Of a DNA stretch of 56,147 nt, positions 29,559 through 38,955 are shown piece after piece. The stretch lies in NCBI GenBank assembly GCA_046539845.1, contig JBKHGE010000010.1, positions 1 through 56,147 of the forward strand, given 5' to 3'. The stretch's first letter is position 1, and every line of letters starts with the position of its first letter. The notes beneath the pieces are model-generated. The model was not told the origin of the DNA, did not search any database, and worked only from the letters and a program-made list of their open reading frames with translations. Made by a program: the position numbers and the translations under genes. The stretch is from Desulfonatronovibrionaceae bacterium (GTDB lineage Bacteria; Desulfobacterota; Desulfovibrionia; Desulfovibrionales; Desulfonatronovibrionaceae).

Positions 29559-31907
29559 ATGAGTGGACAAAACGCCGTACTGGACCAAACCCTTTTCGAC
29601 TCCAAACTGAACGAGGCCCAGGTTTACGCTGATCAGGGTTTGTACGAGGATGCAGACCGGGTCTATCAAGAGCTTTTGCAGGAACTGAAAAACCTCCCGG
29701 AGACCAGGGAGACCAACCTGCAGATAAAGCAGGTGGAGTCTTTACGCGCCCAATTCGCCCCGGAGGATAAAGACGCCCACAAGACCGCCTCCAAATCCAA
29801 GACCGCGGAGGAACTATATACCGAGGCCATGGCCTTCAAAGAGCTGGGATTCAACAACGAGGCCATTGAGATCTATGAAAGGCTGCTGCTCAAGGAATAT
29901 AAGACCTACGAGGTGGTCTACTCCCTTCTCTCCTGCCACAAGGCCACCGGAAACCGGGAACGGGCAATAAAATTTCTGACCAGCCTGAGCAAGGAAAACA
30001 AGCTCTCCGAGACCGGCAAAGACATCTGCCGCTATTTCCTGTCCTTCCTCTACGACGAGATATGCGACTACTCCAACGCCCTTAGCCTGTTAAACAAGAT
30101 AAACCACAAGGACGAATTCCCGGATTACCACTACCGGCTGCGCTCTCTTAAATCCAAGTCCGCAGGCAAAACCAAATTCGACTACCTACTCTCCCAGAAC
30201 CTGATAACCCAGCAAAAACTGCAGCAAGCCTTGGAGCTGTCCAAAAAAACCGGCAAGTCCATAGAATACATCCTCCTGAACAACCTGGGGGCAGTGACCC
30301 TGGATCAACTGGCCAAGTCTTTGTCCATGTTCTACGGTTGCCCGTATATCGACCTGACCAAGCCGGTGGAAGTGCAGGAAGACCTGTATGAAAACCTGCA
30401 GTTTGAATACCTGAAGAACAACTACTGGGCGCCCCTTTCCGTATCCAACAACCAGATCACCATCATAATCGACAATCCGCACGACCTGCAGCGCGAAGAC
30501 ATAATCCGCAAGATATACCCGCAATACAAGATAAATTTCTACATCTCCATACGCGAACACATTGTCGACTTTCTGATCAAGCACTACCAGCAGAAGGGCT
30601 CCGGGCCGGACATGCCCGAAGGCGGGGATATCGCGGATATCGTCGAGGATCTCTCTTTTGAGGAGACCGAGAAAGAGGAGGAAGAGGATGAAGAAGCGAT
30701 CGTTGCCTCGGACAACAAGGTCATAAACTTTGCCAATCAGATCATTATTGACGCCTGGAAAAAAGGGGCTTCGGACATCCATATCGAGCCTTCGGCCAAA
30801 AGCAAAAACACCAACATCCGCTTCCGCGTGGACGGGGTGTGTCAGGAATACATCCAGGTCCCCACCAGTTTTATCCGGGCGGTGATCTCCAGGATAAAAA
30901 TCATGGCCAAGCTGGATATCGCGGAAAAAAGAAAACCCCAGGACGGAAAGATCAAATTCAAATCCAAGGGCAAAGAGGGCCTGGAACTGCGCGTAGCCAC
31001 CCTGCCCACTGCCGGAAAGAACGAGGATGTGGTCATGCGCCTTTTGCAGAGCGGCGAACCCATGTCCTTCAAGGATCTAGGTGTGCTGGACTACAACCTG
31101 CCCCGCTTTCTGGAGATGATCGGCATGCCCTATGGACTAGTCCTGGTGGTCGGGCCCACCGGTTCGGGAAAGACCACCACCTTGCATTCAGCTCTGAAGT
31201 ACATAAACACACCGGAGCGAAAGATCTGGACTGCAGAGGATCCCATAGAAATCACCCAGGAGGGTCTAAGACAGGTGGAAATAAACACCAAGATAGACCT
31301 TACCTTTGCCAACGCCCTACGTTCTTTTCTACGCGCCGACCCGGACGTTATAATGGTCGGGGAGATGCGGGATCAGGAGACCGCTCAGACCGGAGTGGAG
31401 GCCTCGCTCACCGGGCATATGGTCTTTTCCACCCTGCACACGAACAGCGCCCCGGAGACCATCACCCGGCTTTTGGAGATGGACATAGACCCACACAATT
31501 TTGCGGATTCCCTGTTAGGGGTCTTGGCCCAGAGGCTGGGCCGCAGGCTATGTTCCAAATGCAAACAAAAATACCAGCCGTCCCAAGAAGAAATCCAGGA
31601 TATCTATAAGCAGTTTGGACAAGACCCAAAAGGGCTTTTGGAAGAATTTAAGACAGGCGACATCAACCTGTTTCGGCCGGTGGGATGCGACCGATGCGGA
31701 AACAGCGGCTACAAAGGCCGCATCGGCTTCCACGAACTCTTGGTCAACAACGACAATATAAAAGAATACATCAAGGAAAACACCACCACGGAAAAGATCA
31801 AAAAGGCCGCCCGGGAGGAGGGGATGTACACCTTGAAACAGGACGGGATCATCAAGGTCCTTTCCGGACACACCACCCTGGAAGAGGTGCGCAGGGTCTG
31901 CATCTGA
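29559..31907 (+). CDS. pilB: PilB/GspE family assembly ATPase with N-terminal TPR region
   Basis: [55 protein letters not shown] and Zn site CSKC..CDRC. TPR-like AQVYADQGLYEDADRVY and AMAFKELGFNNEAIEIY. Confidence 0.9.
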   Translation: MSGQNAVLDQTLFDSKLNEAQVYADQGLYEDADRVYQELLQELKNLPETRETNLQIKQVESLRAQFAPEDKDAHKTASKSKTAEELYTEAMAFKELGFNNEAIEIYERLLLKEYKTYEVVYSLLSCHKATGNRERAIKFLTSLSKENKLSETGKDICRYFLSFLYDEICDYSNALSLLNKINHKDEFPDYHYRLRSLKSKSAGKTKFDYLLSQNLITQQKLQQALELSKKTGKSIEYILLNNLGAVTLDQLAKSLSMFYGCPYIDLTKPVEVQEDLYENLQFEYLKNNYWAPLSVSNNQITIIIDNPHDLQREDIIRKIYPQYKINFYISIREHIVDFLIKHYQQKGSGPDMPEGGDIADIVEDLSFEETEKEEEEDEEAIVASDNKVINFANQIIIDAWKKGASDIHIEPSAKSKNTNIRFRVDGVCQEYIQVPTSFIRAVISRIKIMAKLDIAEKRKPQDGKIKFKSKGKEGLELRVATLPTAGKNEDVVMRLLQSGEPMSFKDLGVLDYNLPRFLEMIGMPYGLVLVVGPTGSGKTTTLHSALKYINTPERKIWTAEDPIEITQEGLRQVEINTKIDLTFANALRSFLRADPDVIMVGEMRDQETAQTGVEASLTGHMVFSTLHTNSAPETITRLLEMDIDPHNFADSLLGVLAQRLGRRLCSKCKQKYQPSQEEIQDIYKQFGQDPKGLLEEFKTGDINLFRPVGCDRCGNSGYKGRIGFHELLVNNDNIKEYIKENTTTEKIKKAAREEGMYTLKQDGIIKVLSGHTTLEEVRRVCI

Positions 31908-32116
31908 TCCAGCGGCTCTTTTGTGGGCCCAGGCCTTGCTTGCGGGCGGCCCCCGGAGCTCTGCTTTCCCGGCGTTTGATATGGGCTTTAAGGATCCAAA
32001 AGGACCCAGCCCAAACGTCAAAGACCAAGAAAACTACACGCCAAAGCGGACCTATCTGTAAGTAAGAGTTTGTCCCTGTCGCCGCTTTACCGCCCCAGGG
32101 GATTTTGAACGGCCGG

Positions 32117-33355
32117 CTAAAACCGGAACACCTTCACCTGTTCCCCTTGGCTGAGGCCCTCTCTGGATGCAGGTATACGTATCATTCCCGCAGAACGGAT
32201 CATGGTCCGCAAGAGGCCGGACTTCCCGGTAACCGGCCAGGCGGTAAGCCCCTTGCCCTCTTCTTGCAGACTGACCCGGATATAGTCCTCCCGCCCCGGA
32301 GCCGAGGCTGTATTCCGGCCCAACACCGCCGGACACAGCCTGCTTTCAAGCGCAGCCAGGGGGTCCTTTTCCCCGCCGATGCAGCGTAAAAAAGGTTGCA
32401 CCAGGACCAGCATGACCACCTGCGCCGACCCCACCTGGCCGGGCAGCCCCCAAACCGCCTTGCTGGAAAAATCACTCAAAATGGTCGGCTTGCCCGGGCT
32501 CAAAGCCACGCCGTGGGCCAAGATACGCGATCCGGGTCTACCCTCCAGGACCTTAACCGTCAGATCCCGGGTCCCCACAGAGCTGCCTCCGGAGATCAAA
32601 ACCACATCGTTTTCTTCCGCAGCCCGGGAGACCGCCTCCAAAAGCGCTTGGTAGTCATCCGGGACCGCGCCGTAGCAGACCGGATTCGCCCCGCACTCAC
32701 GGACCAGGGCGACCAGGGCGTAGCGGTTCACATCCCGGACCAGACCGGGCGTGGGCCTCTGGTCCACCGCAATTATTTCGTCCCCTGTGGAGATGATCCC
32801 CACCGCTGGGGGTCTGTACACCCGAACCCTGTGCCCGCCGAACGCGGCCAGCAGTCCGGACTCCCTGAATCCGATCCTGGTCCCGGGGGAAAGGAGCAGA
32901 TCCCCCTGGGTCGCGTCTTCGGACCGAAGCATGATATTTTCCCCGGGAGCCACCGGTTTGCGCACCTCCAGGCACCCGTCGCCCATTTCCTTGGTCTGCT
33001 CGAACATGACCACCGCATCCGCTGAGTCGGGAAGGATTCCCCCGGTGACTATGCGGGCGCATCCCCCGGGCTGTATATCCGTATTCGGAGGGCGGTCTAT
33101 CCGGACCTCAGAGGTTATATCCAGATAAGCCGGAGAGAACTCCCCGGCCCCAAAGGTATCCGCAGCCCGGACAGCAAAGCCGTCCATACTGGAGCGGCTA
33201 TGCATCGGCCAATCACAGTCGGCATAAAACTTCTGGGCCAGGACCCGCCCGGGTGCGGATTCCAGGGCACACTCCTGCTCGGCGGTCACCGGAAAGGAAA
33301 ACGACAGTTCCCGCAGACTGCTTACGCTTTTCAGCTGAAAAAAATCCTTGTACAT
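32117..33355 (-). CDS. moeA: Molybdopterin molybdotransferase MoeA
   Basis: SSMDGFAVRA, ISTGDE, ISGGSSVGTRD, PGKPT and GLPG. Start taken at 33355. Confidence 0.95.
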   Translation of the reverse strand: MYKDFFQLKSVSSLRELSFSFPVTAEQECALESAPGRVLAQKFYADCDWPMHSRSSMDGFAVRAADTFGAGEFSPAYLDITSEVRIDRPPNTDIQPGGCARIVTGGILPDSADAVVMFEQTKEMGDGCLEVRKPVAPGENIMLRSEDATQGDLLLSPGTRIGFRESGLLAAFGGHRVRVYRPPAVGIISTGDEIIAVDQRPTPGLVRDVNRYALVALVRECGANPVCYGAVPDDYQALLEAVSRAAEENDVVLISGGSSVGTRDLTVKVLEGRPGSRILAHGVALSPGKPTILSDFSSKAVWGLPGQVGSAQVVMLVLVQPFLRCIGGEKDPLAALESRLCPAVLGRNTASAPGREDYIRVSLQEEGKGLTAWPVTGKSGLLRTMIRSAGMIRIPASREGLSQGEQVKVFRF

Positions 33356-33371
33356 ACCTGAAAAAGCCCTG

Positions 33372-33758
33372 TCAGAGGTGGTTATGAATCCCGGCCAGAA
33401 TGCGCCGGGATTCGGGTTCATCGCCCATCAGCCCGACCCGGATGGATATCCGGCTGGAGCGATTGCTTATATGCCTGATATGCAAATAGGCAATGGTTCC
33501 GCCCGCTTTTTTGGCCTTTATCCGCGCCTTTTCCACCCCATTCTCCATCTCTAAAAGTGTATACTCCGACTCAGGGAGTGCTTTTTTGGCCGCGGCATAG
33601 ATATCGTCCTTGCTGCCGGACATATTCTGGCGCAGCTCGCCCTTGTACCACAGCGCCGCCCCGGCCCCGGCACTTCCCCCGAGCAGAAACAGACACCCGG
33701 AAAGACAGCCGGCCAAAAGCAGGGCGCCAAGCACACAAACAGTCCTTTTATACTGCAT
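33372..33758 (-). CDS. Small lipoprotein, DUF3568-like
   Basis: GGAGG SD; lipobox LSGC, then GAGAALWYKGEL and ISIRVGLMGDEPESRRIL. Confidence 0.75.
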   Translation of the reverse strand: MQYKRTVCVLGALLLAGCLSGCLFLLGGSAGAGAALWYKGELRQNMSGSKDDIYAAAKKALPESEYTLLEMENGVEKARIKAKKAGGTIAYLHIRHISNRSSRISIRVGLMGDEPESRRILAGIHNHL

Positions 33759-34533
33759 ATCCAAGCCTCCCCTGATGGTGAACAAATTGCAGGACCTCGT
33801 CCTTAAGGCCCTTAAGCTCCGGAGCATCCGGAAGCAAAGCGCACAGCTCGTCCAGATAGCGCTTTTTCTCCAGAACCGCGTAGGAATAGGCAAAGTTTAG
33901 TCCGTACACCCAGGATAAAAGCAGTAGCTTAAAATCATTTATAAACACCATATCCGTGTAATTCACCAGTCCACAGTCTTTAACCTGCCTTAATACCTGT
34001 GGTGAATAGTTTTCTGGCCTGTCTCTGAGCCCCATGGTTATGGCTTGGTCCTTTTCCCTGCGTTGGAGATGATCTATGACCACGGGCATAATATCCAGTT
34101 TGTCCGCATCCCGCACCGCGCGCAGGCAATCGCTGTATTCCGGACCGAGAGAAGAGGGCAGCGTCTTTTTGTTGTGCAAAAGGACTGCGAGCAAAACCAC
34201 GCGTCTGTCCGCAGCAGGCAGGGGACTTAGTATCCCCTTTTCCTTCAGGATGGAAAAACCCAGCCGGGCGTGATCCACGGATTCATTATCCTTGAATGTA
34301 TTGTATCGGCTATACTGCTCAAAGCGGCCTAGGTCATGAAATAATGCGGCCAGGCGGGTCAGAAAATGCACACGTGGATAAAAGCCGTGCGCCTCCCCGA
34401 TTGCAGCCGCATTCTCATACACCCGCAGCGAATGCTTTTCCTTGAGCTCTATGTTTTTCCGGCCTTTGTCCCTGCAGACGGCAAATCCGTGGGTATAGGA
34501 TAAAAACCAGTTCAGGTAAGGGGTTATATCCAC
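33748..34533 (-). CDS. HD-domain phosphohydrolase
   Basis: HSLRV, LFHDLGRFEQY, VDHA and RDADKLDI. GTG start at 34533 inferred. Confidence 0.88.
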   Translation of the reverse strand: MDITPYLNWFLSYTHGFAVCRDKGRKNIELKEKHSLRVYENAAAIGEAHGFYPRVHFLTRLAALFHDLGRFEQYSRYNTFKDNESVDHARLGFSILKEKGILSPLPAADRRVVLLAVLLHNKKTLPSSLGPEYSDCLRAVRDADKLDIMPVVIDHLQRREKDQAITMGLRDRPENYSPQVLRQVKDCGLVNYTDMVFINDFKLLLLSWVYGLNFAYSYAVLEKKRYLDELCALLPDAPELKGLKDEVLQFVHHQGRLGYAV

Positions 34534-34537
34534 CGGC

Positions 34538-34861
34538 TCAGCCCCGCCTGATAAGCCGCTTTTTGTGCTCAAACTCCTCCTCGGAAATCTCGCCCGCTGC
34601 CAGGCGGCGGCGCAGGATATCCACGGCCTCATTTATCCTTTGTTTCTCTTCCTTGGCCTCCTGTTCCAGCTCCTTGTCTCTGAACGGCCCTCCCGGGCCG
34701 AACAAAAAACGAAGGGCCAACAGGATAACGGCTAGAATAAGCCCGATAAACACAAATTTGCTCAAAGTGAGCAGCCAGCCGGAGGTAAAACCGGGCCCGA
34801 AAGGCCACCTTGACCAGTCCCCGCCTTTTGCGGCCCAAAAAAGCACATCAAGATCAAACAT
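34538..34861 (-). CDS. SHOCT domain membrane protein
   Basis: One TM helix; terminal AVDILRRRLAAGEISEEEFEHKKRLI. Confidence 0.85.
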   Translation of the reverse strand: MFDLDVLFWAAKGGDWSRWPFGPGFTSGWLLTLSKFVFIGLILAVILLALRFLFGPGGPFRDKELEQEAKEEKQRINEAVDILRRRLAAGEISEEEFEHKKRLIRRG

Positions 34862-34884
34862 CAGGCCCCCTGCCCGTATCTTGT

Positions 34885-35085
34885 TTAGCCCTCATAATAG
34901 GAATAAAATTCCGGATGGATGAAGATCTCCACCCGGCCTGCGCTCTCTTCCATAGCCACCACTTTTTCCGGCATAAGGCCTAGGTCCAGGGCGATCTCCT
35001 CGATGCGCTCTTTCTCCTGTTTTGCCCGGGCACCGGCCTCTTCAAACCGGGCCACGCTCACCCATCCTCTTTCCTTTACAGACAT
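34885..35085 (-). CDS. Small hypothetical protein
   Basis: Co-oriented ORF filling the gap. GAGG before ATG 35085 (track start 35124). No recognised motif. Confidence 0.55.
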   Translation of the reverse strand: MSVKERGWVSVARFEEAGARAKQEKERIEEIALDLGLMPEKVVAMEESAGRVEIFIHPEFYSYYEG

Positions 35086-35200
35086 AACATCCTCGTATCT
35101 TAATTGGTTTATATTTATCCTCATTTAACCGCTGTCTAAAACTGAAAAACAAAGACTGATTAGAACAGTCTAATACGGAATTGCAAGGCCTTTTCCGGAT

Positions 35201-36649
35201 TCATTTTTTCCAAAATTCCGGGATCAAAAGGGCCATCACCGTATATATCTCTAACCGGCCCATGACCATGCACAGGGCCAGAACCCATTTGGCTGCATCC
35301 GGGACAAATGCGTAATTGTCAGTAGGCCCGACATCGGCCATACCTGGTCCGATATTGCTCACACAGGCAAGGACCGCTGCAAACGAGGTAAACACGTCCA
35401 GGCCCAGAGCGGAGACTATACACCAGGCGAAGACAAAAAGGACCAGATACAAAATAAAATACCCCCACACCCCATGCAGTACATCCTCTTTTATTATCCT
35501 TTTGCCCATCTTCACCGGCCGTACCGCCCGGGGATGAATCACCCGGAAGACTTCGCGGTATCCGGATTTGAGGAGGATCATGATCCGCATGCATTTCATG
35601 CCCCCGGAGGTGGACCCGGCGCAGCCGCCGATAAACATGGACAAAAGGAGCAGACAATGAATAAGGGGGGGCCATAATTCATAGTCGGCAGTGACATATC
35701 CGGTGGTGGTGAGTATGGAGGCGATCTGAAAACTGCTGTACCGGAATGCGGTCAGGATATGGTCATAATTCGGACCCCATACCCAGAACGTGCACGCTCC
35801 GATAAAGACAGCCGCAACCAGGGCAAAAAACCTGAACTCGGGGTTGCGCCAGTAGCCCAAAGGCCGGCCGGTCAAAAGCTGGAAGTGGAGCACAAAATTC
35901 ACTCCGGCCAGAAGCATAAAGACCGTTATCACCCCGTCTATATAGGCACTGTCAAAATGGGCGATGGAGGCGTTCTTGGGAGAAAAACCGCCAGTGGCCA
36001 GAGTACTGAAGGTATGACACAGGGAGTTGAACACATCCATGCCCCCGAAATACAATAAGACCGCCTGGGAAACGGACAGAATCAGATACACCTTCCACAG
36101 CGTCTTGGCCGTGTCCTTGATCCGTGGCCGCAGCTTATCCGGGACCGGACCCGGGACTTCGGCCTTGTACAGCTGCATCCCGCCCACTCCCAGAAAGGGC
36201 AGTATGGCCAGGGAAAGGAGGATTATCCCCATCCCGCCCAGCCAGTGGGTCAGGCTCCGCCACATGAGAAGGCCGCGGGGCAAGGCCTCTATATCGGTCA
36301 ATATGCTCGCCCCGGTGGTGGTGAATCCGGAAAAGGATTCAAACACCGCGTCTGTGCCGGACACAAATCCGCCCAGCCAGTAGGGAAGCGCCCCGGACAG
36401 ACCGGCCGCCAGCCAACCCAGGGTGACAATGAGCATGCCCATCTTATGGGTCACAGTGGTCACCCGGGCCGAGCGGAAGGCAAGATGCAGGCCCAGGCCC
36501 ACCCCGGAAGTGACCAGCAGACTGAGAAACAGGGGGGATACGGATAGGTCGCGGTAATAGAGGGCAAATCCGAGGGGGAAGGACATACTAAGCCCGACGA
36601 CAAGGATCACCACCCCGACCGCGTTTAGGACAAAGGCCCAGTGCATCAA
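35201..36649 (-). CDS. trkH: Trk potassium uptake membrane protein
   Basis: FESFSGFTTTGAS, WLGGMGII, TLATGGFS, GGCAGSTSGG, SNIGPG and GRLEIY. Confidence 0.96.
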   Translation of the reverse strand: MMHWAFVLNAVGVVILVVGLSMSFPLGFALYYRDLSVSPLFLSLLVTSGVGLGLHLAFRSARVTTVTHKMGMLIVTLGWLAAGLSGALPYWLGGFVSGTDAVFESFSGFTTTGASILTDIEALPRGLLMWRSLTHWLGGMGIILLSLAILPFLGVGGMQLYKAEVPGPVPDKLRPRIKDTAKTLWKVYLILSVSQAVLLYFGGMDVFNSLCHTFSTLATGGFSPKNASIAHFDSAYIDGVITVFMLLAGVNFVLHFQLLTGRPLGYWRNPEFRFFALVAAVFIGACTFWVWGPNYDHILTAFRYSSFQIASILTTTGYVTADYELWPPLIHCLLLLSMFIGGCAGSTSGGMKCMRIMILLKSGYREVFRVIHPRAVRPVKMGKRIIKEDVLHGVWGYFILYLVLFVFAWCIVSALGLDVFTSFAAVLACVSNIGPGMADVGPTDNYAFVPDAAKWVLALCMVMGRLEIYTVMALLIPEFWKK

Positions 36650-38004
36650 TAATACTCGAGCTTGAGAGTCAATTTCTTTTCCACAGCCGGGATGCTCTTT
36701 CTGGTGCAGATGATAATGATCCGGTCCCCGGCCTCCAGTCTGGTTTCCCCGCTGGGGACAATCACCTCGTCCCGGCGCATAATGGCCAAAACAAGGGCCT
36801 GCTTGGGAAAGGGCAGATCCTTAATCTTTTCCCCGGCCACTTCCATCCCCTTCTCAATCACCGCCTCCATGGCCTCGGCATCCTTTTCCAGGGCCACGGA
36901 AGAGACAATGGAGCCACGCCTGACCTGATTAAGGATGGTGTTCACCGCCGAAATGCGCGGATTGACTATATGCTTGAGACCGATGGTCCGCACCAGGGGC
37001 ATGTATTCCATCTTGTTTATCCGGGTGATGGTCATCTTGGCCCCCATTTTGGAGGCCAGAAGAGAGCTCAGGATATTGCTCTCCTCATCCCCGGTCAGAG
37101 TGACTACCAGATCCATGCCGCCCACATTCTCCTCTTCCAGGACCTCCCGGTCCGTCCCGTCCCCGGTAAGCACAGTGGTCCTGTCCAGGTCCTCGGCCAA
37201 ATGCCTGCAGACCGCAATGGAATTTTCCATGAGCTTTACATTGGCCCCTTTTTTCTCCAGGACCCGGGCCAGCCTGCGGCCGATATTCCCGCCGCCGACT
37301 ATCAAAACATCCCTTTTCCCTTTTTTCCCGGTGCCGGCCAGCCGGGTCACCTTTTTCAGGTCCTTGTCCTCGCAGGCCAGGTACACGAGATCCCCGGGCA
37401 GGACCCGGTCCTCACCGGAAGGGATAATCAGGTTGTCCTCCCGGACAATGGCGGCCAGGAGTACGTTTTGCACCCCGGTCTTTTCCCGCAGATCATACAG
37501 CTGCAGACCGTCCAGGACTGAGCTCTGGTCCACCCACATGCCCACCAGCTTGATTCGGCCCTTCCCGAAATCGTTTATCTCCACCGCGCCGGGCATGCCC
37601 ATCATGCGGACAATGGTCCGCACTACCTCCAGCTCGGGGTTTATGACCATGCTCACGCTCAGATCCGCGGCCCATTTTTCCCTGTACTGCAGGTACTCCT
37701 CGTTCCTTATCCGGGCCAGCTTGGTGATTCCCGGGGCCAGGATATTGGCAAAGGTGCAGGCCACCAGGTTGATCTCGTCGCTGTCGGTCACGGCCAAAAG
37801 GATATTGGCCTGCTTGATTCCGGCCTCTTCCAGGACCCGGGGACTGGAACCCGAACCTTCCAGGGTCTGGACATCCATGTGATTGGCTATGTGCTCAAGG
37901 ACCTCCGGGTCCTTGTCCACCACCACAACTTCCTTGTCTTCGGTAGACAGCCTCTGGGCGATGTAGAATCCCACCTGCCCGGCACCGATAACCACAATTT
38001 TCAT
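36646..38004 (-). CDS. trkA: Trk potassium uptake NAD-binding subunit
   Basis: Two RCK units: IGAGQVG..AVTDSDEINL and VGGGNIG..GDEESNIL. Confidence 0.96.
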   Translation of the reverse strand: MKIVVIGAGQVGFYIAQRLSTEDKEVVVVDKDPEVLEHIANHMDVQTLEGSGSSPRVLEEAGIKQANILLAVTDSDEINLVACTFANILAPGITKLARIRNEEYLQYREKWAADLSVSMVINPELEVVRTIVRMMGMPGAVEINDFGKGRIKLVGMWVDQSSVLDGLQLYDLREKTGVQNVLLAAIVREDNLIIPSGEDRVLPGDLVYLACEDKDLKKVTRLAGTGKKGKRDVLIVGGGNIGRRLARVLEKKGANVKLMENSIAVCRHLAEDLDRTTVLTGDGTDREVLEEENVGGMDLVVTLTGDEESNILSSLLASKMGAKMTITRINKMEYMPLVRTIGLKHIVNPRISAVNTILNQVRRGSIVSSVALEKDAEAMEAVIEKGMEVAGEKIKDLPFPKQALVLAIMRRDEVIVPSGETRLEAGDRIIIICTRKSIPAVEKKLTLKLEYY

Positions 38005-38037
38005 AACCCGTCCTCTTGTCTCAAGCAGCAGACAGTT

Positions 38038-38724
38038 TCACTTCTCCCCGGGCCAGGGCGAACATTCCCGGCACGGGGCGTAACCAGCCTCAAAGGCCCG
38101 GCGCAGGGAGGGAAAAAGTCGCCTGTTTTTCGGGCTCGTTTTCCGACCGTATTTACAGTCCTGGGCATGGAACCGCCTGCTGTTTTTATTCCCCAGCCAG
38201 CTATCTTCCGCTTCCGGCATGGAGAGTATACGGGGCCAGAATCCCCGCCCCTCGGCAATCGCCTCTTTCTGGGCCTGCAGAAGGGAGCGCGTAAACGGGG
38301 TCATCTCTTTTGCGTGCGGATAAAAAAAGGCATACCCGTTTAGGACCATAAGCCGGTTCAGGCAGGTACCGTCCTTTAAGTACAGCCTGGAGATATATCT
38401 CCCGTAGCGGTCGCGGGACAAATGGCCGCGATCCACAAAGACCCGGTCCGGCTTAACCAGCTGGCGCAGAAATTCCGTGGCCCGGGCTGAAAAATACTGC
38501 TCTTTGCCGTTTTCATGCCCGGTTTCCGGGGTGTCTATGCCCTGCAGCCGGTAGACAAGACCGCTTGCCGAATGCAGCGTATCCCCGTCCGGCACCCATT
38601 CGATCTCTACGGGCCCGGACAAATCTGCTGCCCAGAGCGCCCCAGCGAGGGTACAGGCTGCCGCTAAGGCAGACAACCCCAAAATAAGCCGGAGCAGAAA
38701 ACGGATTACAACTTTTTCCGACAT
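38038..38724 (-). CDS. Exported thermonuclease (SNase) with C-terminal Ada-like metal-binding domain
   Basis: Signal peptide; DGDT, RLQGIDTPE, DRYGR and RGFW; tail RRFH..C..GYAPCREC. Start 38724 inferred. Confidence 0.88.
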   Translation of the reverse strand: MSEKVVIRFLLRLILGLSALAAACTLAGALWAADLSGPVEIEWVPDGDTLHSASGLVYRLQGIDTPETGHENGKEQYFSARATEFLRQLVKPDRVFVDRGHLSRDRYGRYISRLYLKDGTCLNRLMVLNGYAFFYPHAKEMTPFTRSLLQAQKEAIAEGRGFWPRILSMPEAEDSWLGNKNSRRFHAQDCKYGRKTSPKNRRLFPSLRRAFEAGYAPCRECSPWPGEK

Positions 38725-38875
38725 AATATCTATCCAGTAAAAAGGACTCTCCTCACTTAAGCCCCGCACAGATCCCAACGGACTGAAAAGGCGGCGAGGG
38801 GGACAGACCATATCCATTCAAGCCAGGGAACCACAGGCAATTCACCGCAATTGTCCCGGGAAAACTATTCAAGGG

Positions 38876-38906
38876 CAAAGAAAAAGGCAACCCTTTCGGG
38901 TTGCCC
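38876..38906 (-). terminator. Intrinsic terminator after rpoD
   Basis: Minus strand ggcaaccc-gaaa-gggttgcc followed by tttttcttt. Confidence 0.85.
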
Positions 38907-38955
38907 AATCAATGCCTTTTCCTGGGGACTGCTCCCTGTAAGGCCTTAAACTGGA

